Below are positions 20,295-29,408 of a stretch of DNA of 64,000 nt, piece after piece. This DNA comes from Gemmatimonadota bacterium. GTDB lineage: Bacteria > Gemmatimonadota > Gemmatimonadetes > JACCXV01 > JAHWKZ01. The position numbers and the translations under genes are program-made. The stretch is taken from positions 4,333-68,332 of the forward strand of contig DASTFF010000001.1 in NCBI GenBank assembly GCA_035708865.1. Reading direction: 5' to 3'. Each line of letters starts with the position of its first letter. Positions within the stretch are counted from its first letter, which is position 1. The notes beneath the pieces are model-generated. The model ran no database searches. It saw only the letters and a list, made by a program, of their open reading frames with translations, and was not told where the DNA came from.

Positions 20295-20863
20295 TGGGCA
20301 AGCACCTTGCTCGCGTATCGGTTACGAGGCAGGATCCCGCGCGACAGGACCCGGCTCAGCCGGGTCCGCCCCATGTTGTAGGAAAGCAGACCCAGCGTCC
20401 AGTCATGGCCGAAGTGGGCCAGCTCGCGGCGCAGGTGGGTCAGGCCGACGCGGAGGTTGATCTCGGGGATGAAGAGCCGCTCGCGGGTCACGCTCGCGTC
20501 GTAGGCACGGGCTGTCGACGGCTTGATCTGCATCAGCCCGATCGCACCGGCCCGGCCCACCGCGCGGGCATTGAAGCCGCTCTCTGTGGCGATCAGGCCG
20601 AACACGGCGGCCGGCTCCAGGCCGTGCTCGACCGCCAGCCGGTGGATGAGGCCGGCCAGCTCCGGCTGGATCCCGTAGCGGGCCGCGAACGAGGCCACCA
20701 GGGTGTCGGGCACGGCGCGGACGACGACGGCCTCCGGAGTGCGGGGGACGCCGGTCATCGTGGATGGCGGAAGGGCCAGCCACATGAGCGCGGCGGCGAC
20801 GATCAGGGTGGCGGATCGGCGGTACGACACGGGACACCTCACGTATGATGAATGACAATGCAT
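20273..20863 (-). CDS. Lytic transglycosylase (SLT domain)
   Basis: ESGFNARAVGRAGAIGLMQIKPSTA catalytic motif. Signal peptide after the ATG at 20863, or a GTG 11 codons downstream. AT-rich promoter-like region upstream. Confidence 0.7.
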   Translation of the reverse strand: MHCHSSYVRCPVSYRRSATLIVAAALMWLALPPSTMTGVPRTPEAVVVRAVPDTLVASFAARYGIQPELAGLIHRLAVEHGLEPAAVFGLIATESGFNARAVGRAGAIGLMQIKPSTARAYDASVTRERLFIPEINLRVGLTHLRRELAHFGHDWTLGLLSYNMGRTRLSRVLSRGILPRNRYASKVLAHCGKLCT

Positions 20864-21039
20864 GACGCGTTTCGGCCCCTTACAACAAAAAAGGATCGAA
20901 CGCCGGTCCGATCCGTTGAGGGTGCCGTGTATACCCCCTCGCGACGGCCGTGTTTCCTGGCTCTCCGCGACGCCCGATCCTCTTGACACGTCGGGAGAAG
21001 GCCGGCATCTTCTCGGCGGGTCGGACCGCGACCCTCCGA

Positions 21040-21115
<76 letters not shown>

Positions 21116-21168
21116 AGATCATGCCCCGAGGGCCCTCCCGGACGCGGGAGGGCCTTCGTGTTCCCGGG

Positions 21169-21244
<76 letters not shown>

Positions 21245-21273
21245 ACTCCGTTCTTCCACCGGCGACGTCAAGG

Positions 21274-21312
21274 TAGCGGGTCGTTGAAGAGAGGCGTTCT
21301 CAACGCCCGCTA
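21274..21312. terminator. Imperfect palindromic hairpin between the convergent tRNA-Cys and SDR gene (candidate bidirectional terminator, no U-tract)
   Basis: tagcggg-tcgttgaagagaggcgttctcaacg-cccgcta: a 7-bp outer stem with an imperfectly paired interior. Confidence 0.3.
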
Positions 21313-22128
21313 GAGGAACAGATCGGGCTTGAGCGGCGTCCCCGGTCGAACCGCATACGGCTCCAGGTCCAGGACCCCGCTTTCCGAGACGACCCGATCG
21401 TCGAGCAGGAAGCGTCCGCTCACCTCCAGATCCTCCCGGGTGACGATCCAGTGCGCGGCGTCGGCCACGATCTCCGGCCGCCGGCACTCTTCCGGACGCA
21501 CCAGGCCGGCCAGCTCCCGCAGCGCCTCGGTGGCGATCGTGGTCGCCGGCCAGAGCGCGTTGACCGCGATTCCGTCCGGTCGCAGCTCTTCGGCCCACCC
21601 GATCACGCACAGGCTCATGCCGTACTTCGAGATCGTGTAGCCGAGGTGGGGGGCCAGCCAGCGCGGGTCGAGATCGATCGGCGGAGCGAGCACGAGGATG
21701 TGCGGGTTGGGCGAACGCCGCAGATGCGGCAGGCAGCGCTGCGTACAGAGAAAGGTGGCCCGGACGTTGACGGCCATCATGAGATCGAAGCGGCGGATCG
21801 GCGTGTCGGCGGTCGAAGTCAGCCGGATCGCCCCGGCGTTGTTGACCAGCACGTCGATCCCGCCGAAGCGCTCGACCGTGGCGGCCACGGCGCGCTCGAC
21901 CTGATCCTCGTCGCGGACGTCGACCTCGACCGCCAGCGGCCTGCCGCCGGCTTCCTCGACCTCGCGCGCGACCGTGTGGATGGTTCCAGGAAGCCGCGGA
22001 TGGGGTGTACCGGACTTGGCGGCGATCACGACGTTCGCCCCGTCCCGCGCCGCCCGAACCGCGATCGCCCGCCCGATCCCCCGACTCGCCCCCGTAACGA
22101 ACACGGTCCTGCCACGCAGGGAGGTCAC
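21310..22128 (-). CDS. SDR-family NAD(P)-dependent oxidoreductase
   Basis: TGASRGIGRAIA Rossmann motif, NNAG, and catalytic YxxxK (YTISKYG). Confidence 0.85.
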   Translation of the reverse strand: MTSLRGRTVFVTGASRGIGRAIAVRAARDGANVVIAAKSGTPHPRLPGTIHTVAREVEEAGGRPLAVEVDVRDEDQVERAVAATVERFGGIDVLVNNAGAIRLTSTADTPIRRFDLMMAVNVRATFLCTQRCLPHLRRSPNPHILVLAPPIDLDPRWLAPHLGYTISKYGMSLCVIGWAEELRPDGIAVNALWPATTIATEALRELAGLVRPEECRRPEIVADAAHWIVTREDLEVSGRFLLDDRVVSESGVLDLEPYAVRPGTPLKPDLFL

Positions 22129-22274
22129 GGTAGGATCAAGCGAAGGATGTCCGGCCTCTCAAAACGGTCCAGATCCGAGGCGCGCGAGCGAGGACGTCCG
22201 AGGCGTACGTCTTCTGTACGCCGCAGGACGGCCGAGGGAGTGCAACGAAGGAGATGGGCCGTTTTCAGAGGCCG

Positions 22275-23447
22275 TCAAGCGGGAACAAGAAGAGCTGTGG
22301 CGTACATCAGGATCACCCCCACGCCGGCCCCCGCCAGCACCTCCCCCCGCCACAGGCCCGACATCCCTTCCTGCCCGCGCCCCGCGACGAGCCGCCCGAC
22401 CTCGACGACCACCTGGAGGATCGCTCCCACCCCCACGGCCAGGAACACGGCCGCCCAAAGCGGATCGAAGACCAGCCCGCCGATCCAGCAGCCGAGGACG
22501 GCCGGACCACCCGCCAGCAGGGTCAGTCCGGCGAAGTCACGCAGCCGGGGCTCGCCCCGCAGCAGGGGCGCGGCGATCCCGATCCCTTCGGTGATGTTGT
22601 GGAGCGTGAAGCCGACCACCAGGAAAGTCCCCAGCCCGACCGCGCCGGTGGCCAGCGCGGCGCCGATCGCCAGGCCCTCCCCGAGATTGTGCAGCCCGAT
22701 CCCGAGCGCGATGAGGGTCGCCACAGCCAGCGGCGAGACTTCACCGCCCCGGCCACGGCGCCGGCCGGTGATCGCCAGGAGGCCGATCAGCGTCGCCAGC
22801 GCGACGATCCAGACGAGGATGTTCGCATGGAACGCGCCCGCCGCCTTTTCCGCGAGCTCGAGAGCCTCGGCGAGGGTGTCGATCGCCAGGAACACGAGCA
22901 GCCCGACCGTAAGGGCGAGCAGGAAGTCGATCCCGCGCCGGCCGAGGGCGCGCAGGAACGGGTAGGTCGCCAGGCCGAGGGCCACCGGCAGGATCCCCAC
23001 GTACACCCCCAGCAGGGCCAGCCGGCCGAACCAGCCGGGCGTCGCGCTGGGCGTTCGCGTGGCGACCTCGATGGTGGCGTCGAAGGTGACCCCGTTGCGC
23101 GACAGGAGCCGGACCTCGTGGGCCTCTCCCTCGACCCACGGATACGGGATCTCGACCGTCGCCCGGCCCAGGCGATCGATGGTCGGACCGGGGCGGATGC
23201 CGAAGGCCCACACCGCATCGTCGACCGCCACCTGATGGATGGTGACCGGATCTTGCCCCCCGTTCACGACGTGGACCACGATGCGCCCCGCCGCGGGCAT
23301 CTCGATCCGTTCGACGGTCAGCTCCTCGATCGGGGGGACCGCCCGTTCGAGGCCCACCCCACGTCCCAGCAAGAACGCCAGCAGGCCGACCAGGACCACG
23401 ATCGTCACCAGCCCGAGGATACGGCCGCCGTTACCCTTCGCGGACAT
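22275..23447 (-). CDS. ZIP-family metal importer (ZupT-like) with an extra ~110-aa N-terminal extracytoplasmic domain
   Basis: ZIP signature helices with GIGLHNLGEGLAIGA and FTLHNITEGIGIAAP. An N-terminal TM anchor followed by a soluble domain precedes the ZIP core. Confidence 0.75.
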   Translation of the reverse strand: MSAKGNGGRILGLVTIVVLVGLLAFLLGRGVGLERAVPPIEELTVERIEMPAAGRIVVHVVNGGQDPVTIHQVAVDDAVWAFGIRPGPTIDRLGRATVEIPYPWVEGEAHEVRLLSRNGVTFDATIEVATRTPSATPGWFGRLALLGVYVGILPVALGLATYPFLRALGRRGIDFLLALTVGLLVFLAIDTLAEALELAEKAAGAFHANILVWIVALATLIGLLAITGRRRGRGGEVSPLAVATLIALGIGLHNLGEGLAIGAALATGAVGLGTFLVVGFTLHNITEGIGIAAPLLRGEPRLRDFAGLTLLAGGPAVLGCWIGGLVFDPLWAAVFLAVGVGAILQVVVEVGRLVAGRGQEGMSGLWRGEVLAGAGVGVILMYATALLVPA

Positions 23448-24450
23448 CGAAGAACCCCATCCACCCGAGCTCGGCGAACTCGCTCTGGTGCGCGTGGAAC
23501 ATGAACCGCCCGGGATGCCGGAACGTCAGCTCGAGCACGTGCCGTTCGCCCTGACAGAACATGAGCGTGTCGGTGAAATCGGCCGGCTCGAGCGTCGTGC
23601 CGGTCCGGTAGACGTGGAAGAAGTTGGCGTGCAGGTGGATGGAGTTGATGAGGTCGAACTCCAGCGTGTTGACCACGTAGAGCCGTACCGGCTCCCCGAC
23701 CACGGCGGGGAGAGGATGACGCATGTAGTGGAAGGCGACCGTGTTGACGGCGTAGAACTCGTTCTCGTTGTCGAAGTTCGTGTCGAACCCGTTCATCACC
23801 ATGACGTATTCGCGGGCCGGCGGCCGCCCGCCCTGCGGATCCACCAGGAAGGCCCCGTAGAGCCCCTTGTGGATGTGCCGCCTGAGCGGCGTCGTATGGC
23901 AATGGTAGAGATGCAAGCCGTAGGGCTCGGCGTCGAACTCGTAGACGAAGCCCCGCCCCGGCTCGACGACCTCGAACACACCGTCCATGTCCGCCCGGTG
24001 GAAGCCATGGAAGTGGATCGTGTGCGCGTGGCTTCCGGCGTTGGTGAACCGGACCCTGATGCGGTCCCCCTCCGTGCAGCGGATCGTCGGTCCCGGGACG
24101 CGGCCGTTGTACGTCCAGGCCGGGAACCACACCCCGGGCGCGATCTCGATCTCCCGATCGAGAGCCACCAGTTCGTACTCGCGGCGGATCCGGCCGTCGG
24201 GCAGCCGAGTCACTATGCCGGTGTCGAAATGGGTGGCGAAGGCGCTCGGGTCGAAGCCGCCGGGGCGGATGTCGCTGACCGGACCGCTCCCCGCGGCTCC
24301 GCCATGCAGGTGCGGAACCTCGACCCGCGGCTGGAGGAGGCCCCCGCGTCGGCCGGTCTGGGAGAAGGCGGCCCCTCCCAGCGCCACCGCACCGGCCAGG
24401 GCGCCCCCCTTGAGGACGGTGCGTCGGCTGAGGCCGGACCGATCGGCCAT
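23431..24450 (-). CDS. Two-domain multicopper oxidase with Tat signal (SLAC-like)
   Basis: Tat motif MADRSGLSRRTVLKGGALAGAVALGGAAF. Copper ligand motifs HTIHFHG, HLYHCH and HLHANFFH. Alternative upstream ATGs at 24504 and 24528. Confidence 0.8.
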   Translation of the reverse strand: MADRSGLSRRTVLKGGALAGAVALGGAAFSQTGRRGGLLQPRVEVPHLHGGAAGSGPVSDIRPGGFDPSAFATHFDTGIVTRLPDGRIRREYELVALDREIEIAPGVWFPAWTYNGRVPGPTIRCTEGDRIRVRFTNAGSHAHTIHFHGFHRADMDGVFEVVEPGRGFVYEFDAEPYGLHLYHCHTTPLRRHIHKGLYGAFLVDPQGGRPPAREYVMVMNGFDTNFDNENEFYAVNTVAFHYMRHPLPAVVGEPVRLYVVNTLEFDLINSIHLHANFFHVYRTGTTLEPADFTDTLMFCQGERHVLELTFRHPGRFMFHAHQSEFAELGWMGFFDVREG

Positions 24451-24583
24451 CGGCTCGGCCCCGGGCCCGTCCTTCTCGTGGATCTCCTTATCCTCGTTCG
24501 ACATGCGGTGTTCCGTCCGGTTCGGCATGTTGAGGGGTCGTAAATTAGACGTGCCTAAATATTGCCGTCCGGACGCGACCCTG

Positions 24584-25975
24584 TCAACCCGACCCGGGGT
24601 CCAGCCGCGCCGCGAGACGCCGTAGCCGTTCGCGCAGCCCGTCGTCGTCCCCCACGTCCATCGCCGCCCGCAGCCGGTTGGCGACCACAGCTCCAAGAGG
24701 CGGGGGCGGGCTGGCCCGCTCGAGCGAGCCAGCCAGGCTGCCGTCCAGCGGCGTGGTGGCCGCTCGGTAGTCCTCTTCGGCGTCCCGCTCCACCACCTCG
24801 AGGGCGATCCCGGCCGCCTCCGCCGGGGTGACGCCCGTATCCCCGGCCCGGGCCAGGATCCGCTCGAGCCGCGCCTTCCTGCCGACCAGCCTGTCGGGCT
24901 GGATCTCGGCGTCGGCGAAATGCCAGCCTGCCCCCTTCAACCGCCGGACGACGGTCAACCGGTCGGCCCGCGCGAGCGCTCTCGTCGCCAGGAGCTCCCA
25001 CACTCCGGCCAGCGCCGGCCGTCCATCCGCCCCGCGGGCGAGCTCGGAGAAGATCCGGCTCGCCAGCCGCTCGCTGGCGGCCAGGGTCTCGACGACGAGC
25101 GTCGAGTCGAGTACCGGATCGACGTGGACGAAGGCCCGGTCGATCTCCGGCAGCCGCTCGACCGCATGCCGCACCCCCCCGCCCACGTCATGGGACTGGC
25201 GCGTCCGCATCTCCTCGTCCACCTCGACGTGGAGCTCGACGTGCACGTGGTGTCCCACGTAGTGACCGCGGACGTCGTGGACGCCCTGGACGCCGGCCAC
25301 TCCCAGCGCCGCCTCGCGGATCTCACCGAGCAGCTTCGGGCCGGGGCTCGCGCCCATCAGGTAGTCGATGTTGCGGCGCCCGAACCGGAAGCCCCCGACG
25401 ACGATCCAGATCCCCACCACCGCTCCCGCCACCGCGTCCAGCGCGGGGACCCCGACCACCGCCGCGCCGACGCCGGCCAGCGCCGCCAGCGAGGTCCAGA
25501 TGTCGTTCTCGGACTCGACCGCGTTGGCGAGGATCGCCGGGCTGTCGAGCGCCTCGCCGCGCCGCCGCAGGTACCGCGACAGGATCAGGTTGCCGAGCAT
25601 GGAGAGGAGAAGGGTCGCCAGCGCCCACCCGGGCGCCCGGATGGGCTCGATCCCCCCGGCCAGCCGCTCCACGGCGGCGCGGGTCACCGAGACGCCGAGG
25701 ATGGCGGTGAAGATCGCGACGCCGAGCGCCGCCAGAGGCTCGGCCCGCTGGTGGCCGAACGGGTGGCCCTGGTCGGGGGCCCGGCGCGACACCGCGACCG
25801 AGTACGCGATGCCGACCGAGGCCGCGACGTCGACCAGTGAGTTCAGGGCGTCCGATAAGAGGGCCAGCGACCCGGAGACGATCCCGACCGCGCCCTTGAC
25901 CACGAAGAGGAGGCCGTTCCCGACGATCCCGACGCGGGTCGCCCGCCTCGCTGCCCGGTCCGCCTCGGCCGTCAC
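24584..25975 (-). CDS. Cation diffusion facilitator (FieF-like) with ~150-aa C-terminal extension
   Basis: CDF TM core (GNGLLFVVKGAVGIVSGSLALLSDALNS..HPFGHQRAEP) plus a cytoplasmic domain. GTG start overlaps the czcD TGA (GTGA). The upstream ~240 codons of the track ORF are rejected. Confidence 0.7.
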   Translation of the reverse strand: MTAEADRAARRATRVGIVGNGLLFVVKGAVGIVSGSLALLSDALNSLVDVAASVGIAYSVAVSRRAPDQGHPFGHQRAEPLAALGVAIFTAILGVSVTRAAVERLAGGIEPIRAPGWALATLLLSMLGNLILSRYLRRRGEALDSPAILANAVESENDIWTSLAALAGVGAAVVGVPALDAVAGAVVGIWIVVGGFRFGRRNIDYLMGASPGPKLLGEIREAALGVAGVQGVHDVRGHYVGHHVHVELHVEVDEEMRTRQSHDVGGGVRHAVERLPEIDRAFVHVDPVLDSTLVVETLAASERLASRIFSELARGADGRPALAGVWELLATRALARADRLTVVRRLKGAGWHFADAEIQPDRLVGRKARLERILARAGDTGVTPAEAAGIALEVVERDAEEDYRAATTPLDGSLAGSLERASPPPPLGAVVANRLRAAMDVGDDDGLRERLRRLAARLDPGSG

Positions 25976-26922
25976 TCCACGGTCGGAACGGGCCGCGCCA
26001 TCGGACGGGCATGATCGGGCGGTGTTTCCGGCTCGAGCTGAATGGTCGTGTGGGTGATTCCGTAGCGCTCCCTGAGGACCCGGTTCAGTCGCGCCAGCAG
26101 CATGTCCCGCGCCTCGCCGTGGTCGCAGACGACGTGGGCCGAGAGGGCCGGATAACCGGAGGTGATCGTCCAGACGTGCAGGTCGTGGACGCCGGCCACG
26201 CCCTCGACCCGCCGCAGGGTTTCGATCAGGTCGCCCACGTCGACCCCCGCAGGCGCCCCCTCGAGCAGCACGTGGACGGCGTCCCGCACGACGCGCCACG
26301 AGGAGAGCAGGATCAGGATCGCGATGGCGAGGCTGGCCAGCGGATCGGCGCGGGTCCATCCGGTCAGCCGGATCACGATCGCGGCGGTCATCGCGCCGAC
26401 CGATCCGAGAAGGTCGCCGAGGACGTGCAGTCCGGCGCCGCGCAGGTTCAGGCTCCGCTCGGCCGCCCCCCCGGCGTGGTGGAGAATCGCGTACGCGATG
26501 AGGTTCACGACCAGACCCCCGGACGCCACCACGAGCATGGGGACGGCGTCGACCGGGGCCTCTTCCGCCAGCCGCCGGACGGCTTCGAGCGCGATCCACA
26601 CCACCACCCCCCACATGAACAGGCCGTTGACGAGGGCGACCAGGATCTCGACCCGGCCATAGGCGTAGGTGTGGCGGATCGTGGCCGGGCGGCCGGACAT
26701 CCACAGGGCCCCCAGCGCCAGCCCCAGCGACGCGACGTCGGTGAGCATGTGGCCGGCGTCCGCCAGCAGGGCCAGGCTTCCGGTCGCCAGGCCGCCGACG
26801 ATCTCGGCGACCGCATACCCCAGCGTGAGGACGAGGACGATCCGCAGGCGTCGCCGCTCGCCGCGGCGGTCCGGCCCCCCGCTCGGGGCACGACCGGAAG
26901 GGTGGGGGTGGGGCTTGTGCAA
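25972..26922 (-). CDS. czcD: Cation diffusion facilitator CzcD-like (Zn/Co/Cd efflux)
   Basis: CDF signature with His-rich N-terminus and HMLTDVASLGLAL, plus the CTD fold. The start may be slightly downstream of 26922. Confidence 0.8.
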   Translation of the reverse strand: MHKPHPHPSGRAPSGGPDRRGERRRLRIVLVLTLGYAVAEIVGGLATGSLALLADAGHMLTDVASLGLALGALWMSGRPATIRHTYAYGRVEILVALVNGLFMWGVVVWIALEAVRRLAEEAPVDAVPMLVVASGGLVVNLIAYAILHHAGGAAERSLNLRGAGLHVLGDLLGSVGAMTAAIVIRLTGWTRADPLASLAIAILILLSSWRVVRDAVHVLLEGAPAGVDVGDLIETLRRVEGVAGVHDLHVWTITSGYPALSAHVVCDHGEARDMLLARLNRVLRERYGITHTTIQLEPETPPDHARPMARPVPTVE

Positions 26923-27002
26923 GGAAGGAAAGCTAGCCCGATCCGCGCCGTGGGCGCGAGCGGTGGGCCGGACGTGCGGTCAGGTACGGAAGGCGGCCGG
27001 GC

Positions 27003-29012
27003 TCAGGTCGCGCCCGCGCCGGCGGTTCCGGTCGCGGCCGGCTCGATCGTGAGCCGCTCGGCGAGGTCGGCGACGATCGCGTCCCGCGTTCCCGAGCGCC
27101 CCGACCAGCGCAGCTCGGCGCCGTCCACCTGCACGAGCTCGACGTTCCGCTCCAGCGCCCACCGCTTCACGTGCTCCAGGTCCGTCACCACCATCCGAGC
27201 GCCGATCGTGAGGGCCCGGAGCTCCGAGCGGCCGGTGTAAGGGACGTACTCGGCGGCCACGCCGCCGCCGTTCGATTCACCGCTCAGCGGGCGCGTCAGC
27301 AGGGAGTCGAAGGCCGCCACGTTGTCCGGGGCGACGAGGAACTTCACCTGTCCGTGGCCGACCAGCGTCTCGACCAGCGTCGCGCACGTCACCCAGCTCT
27401 CGGGCGGAAGCCCGGTCCAGCGCTGGTCGAGCGCGACCAGTACGTACCCATCGCGGCGCGGGCGCGCGTCGGTCGGACGCCACGGCCGGATGACGACGCC
27501 GGAGTCGGTGACGTGCCCGTCCGAGTCGCGGTGGCCGAACTTCGAGGCGAGTCCGATCGTGAAGAACACCGTCTCCAGCATGATCAGGAGATCCAGCAGC
27601 AGCGACCGGTGGTGGATGTAGTAGAGATCGTACTCGAGGTTCTCGTGAATTTCCGCGTGGCGGTCGGAGCTTAGCTGCCAGATCCCGGTGATCCCCGGCT
27701 TGGCCTCCAGCCGCTGACGCTCGAGCGCGGTGTACTTCTCGACGATGAAGGGCATCTCGGGACGCGGCCCGACGATGCTCATCTCCCCCTTGAGAACGTT
27801 GACGAGCTGCGGGAGCTCGTCCATCCCGACCATCCGGAGGAGGCGTCCCACGCGCGTGATCCGCGGGTCGGAGTTGTCCCCGATGGGCGAGGTCTCGTAC
27901 GGGTTCGTGTCCTTCCTCATAGTCCGGAACTTGAACATCTGGAAGGGCCGTCCGCCCTCGCCGATCCGCATCTGGCGGAACAGGACGGGCGACCCGGACT
28001 CGAGCCGGATCCCGATCGCGGCGAGCGCCCACGCGGGGAGGAAGACCAGCATGAGGGCGCTGGCGACGAGCAGATCGACGCCCCGCTTAGCCGCCGGATA
28101 GAGCCGTCCGGAACGCGTCGAGCGCGGCCTCAGGAGCGTGATCGCGCTCAGGTCCTCGACCTCGAGCTGATCGGCGCGCACCTCTCCGAAACGGGGGACC
28201 ACGCCGACGTTGACGCCCGCCTCGCGGGCCAGCTTGAGGAGCTCGTGATGCCGCTCGGCATTGGTGAGCGATACGGTGACCAGCAGCTCGTTCACGCCCT
28301 TCTCGCGGGCGATCTCCCTGAGGTCCTGGAGGCGGCCCAGAACACGGGCCTCGTACACCTCCATGGTGGTCTGGTCGATCCGGCAGTAGACGGGCGTTCC
28401 GCGGGGAGCGAAGTCATCCAGGAACCCGATCACCGAGCACGCTTTGTGGGGTGCCTGGACGAGCTTCTTCATGAGCAGCCGGCCGGTCTCTCCGCTGCCG
28501 TAGATCAGGACGGTGCGCCGGCCGACCCGCCCGCTGAGCCCCAGCCCGCGCGCGAAGGCGGAGAAGAGCCTGCGTTGGAGGACGATGAACAGCATCGAGA
28601 AGCCGAACCCGGCGAACGCCACAAACCGCGAGAAGGGGGTGATCTGGCCCAGGAACATCACGACCAGGAACAGGGCCGAGGCCAGCGTGATTCCCTTCAG
28701 GGCATCCGCCATCTCCTGCAGGTTCAGGATGCTCGCGCGCTCCTTGTAAAGGCCGAGACGCCAGAACACGAGCACGACCAGCACCCCGTAGAGGATCCCC
28801 ATGTTGATGTAGGGAGCCGGCTCGATGTTGATAGGCGCGAGCCAGTCGAGGGTCGACACCCAGGCGCGGACCAGAATGCTGGTCCAGAACGCGAGCAGCA
28901 CCGCGAAGAAGTCGAGAAGTGCGCGGAGAATGGGGATGAGCCGCTGGTCGGCTCGCCGGGACGAAGGGGCGGGCGAGCGTTGCTCGTGGGGGATGGAGGG
29001 TCTCGTGATCAT
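27003..29012 (-). CDS. Polyprenyl-phosphate hexose-1-phosphate transferase (bacterial sugar transferase, WcaJ/EpsE-like) with ~190-aa C-terminal extension
   Basis: N-terminal TM segments, a CoA-binding-like linker, and catalytic domain PRPEMPFIVEKY..GITGIWQLS. ATG at 29010-29012 (MITRPSIPHEQRSP). The upstream 48 codons of the track ORF are rejected. Confidence 0.8.
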   Translation of the reverse strand: MITRPSIPHEQRSPAPSSRRADQRLIPILRALLDFFAVLLAFWTSILVRAWVSTLDWLAPINIEPAPYINMGILYGVLVVLVFWRLGLYKERASILNLQEMADALKGITLASALFLVVMFLGQITPFSRFVAFAGFGFSMLFIVLQRRLFSAFARGLGLSGRVGRRTVLIYGSGETGRLLMKKLVQAPHKACSVIGFLDDFAPRGTPVYCRIDQTTMEVYEARVLGRLQDLREIAREKGVNELLVTVSLTNAERHHELLKLAREAGVNVGVVPRFGEVRADQLEVEDLSAITLLRPRSTRSGRLYPAAKRGVDLLVASALMLVFLPAWALAAIGIRLESGSPVLFRQMRIGEGGRPFQMFKFRTMRKDTNPYETSPIGDNSDPRITRVGRLLRMVGMDELPQLVNVLKGEMSIVGPRPEMPFIVEKYTALERQRLEAKPGITGIWQLSSDRHAEIHENLEYDLYYIHHRSLLLDLLIMLETVFFTIGLASKFGHRDSDGHVTDSGVVIRPWRPTDARPRRDGYVLVALDQRWTGLPPESWVTCATLVETLVGHGQVKFLVAPDNVAAFDSLLTRPLSGESNGGGVAAEYVPYTGRSELRALTIGARMVVTDLEHVKRWALERNVELVQVDGAELRWSGRSGTRDAIVADLAERLTIEPAATGTAGAGAT

Positions 29013-29316
29013 GCACGCCCTGACTCGAGCCGCTTCGGCCGTAGGTGTCCAGCGTCGAGGCGGTGCGCGGCCTGGGCACCTCCACCCGCCTCGCGGCGGT
29101 CGAGACGTGCACGCACCCGATCGGTCCACGTCAGATCGAGATTCGTACGTCCTCAATCATACGCTGGTGGACTCCGTTTACGCAAGAGCCAAGCCAGCCA
29201 CGCGGGACCCGACCGGCCACGCTCTCGGCCCCTTCCTACCGGCAACGGAGCGCAAGGTTCCGGAGCCGATCCCTCCGGCACGGCCGCTGCGCGGGATGCT
29301 ATCTTGGGGGACCATC

Positions 29317-29403
29317 GCCGGGGTGGCGGAACTGGTAGACGCGCGGGACTTAAAATCCTGTGGGCGAGAGCCCGTGCGGGTTCGACCCCCGCCCCCGGCA
29401 CCA
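29317..29403 (+). tRNA. tRNA-Leu (anticodon TAA), class II with long variable arm
   Basis: 87 nt: gccgggg..GGTAGACGC..cuUAAaa..long variable arm..ttcgacc..ccccggc-a-CCA. Confidence 0.85.
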
Positions 29404-29408
29404 CCCGC

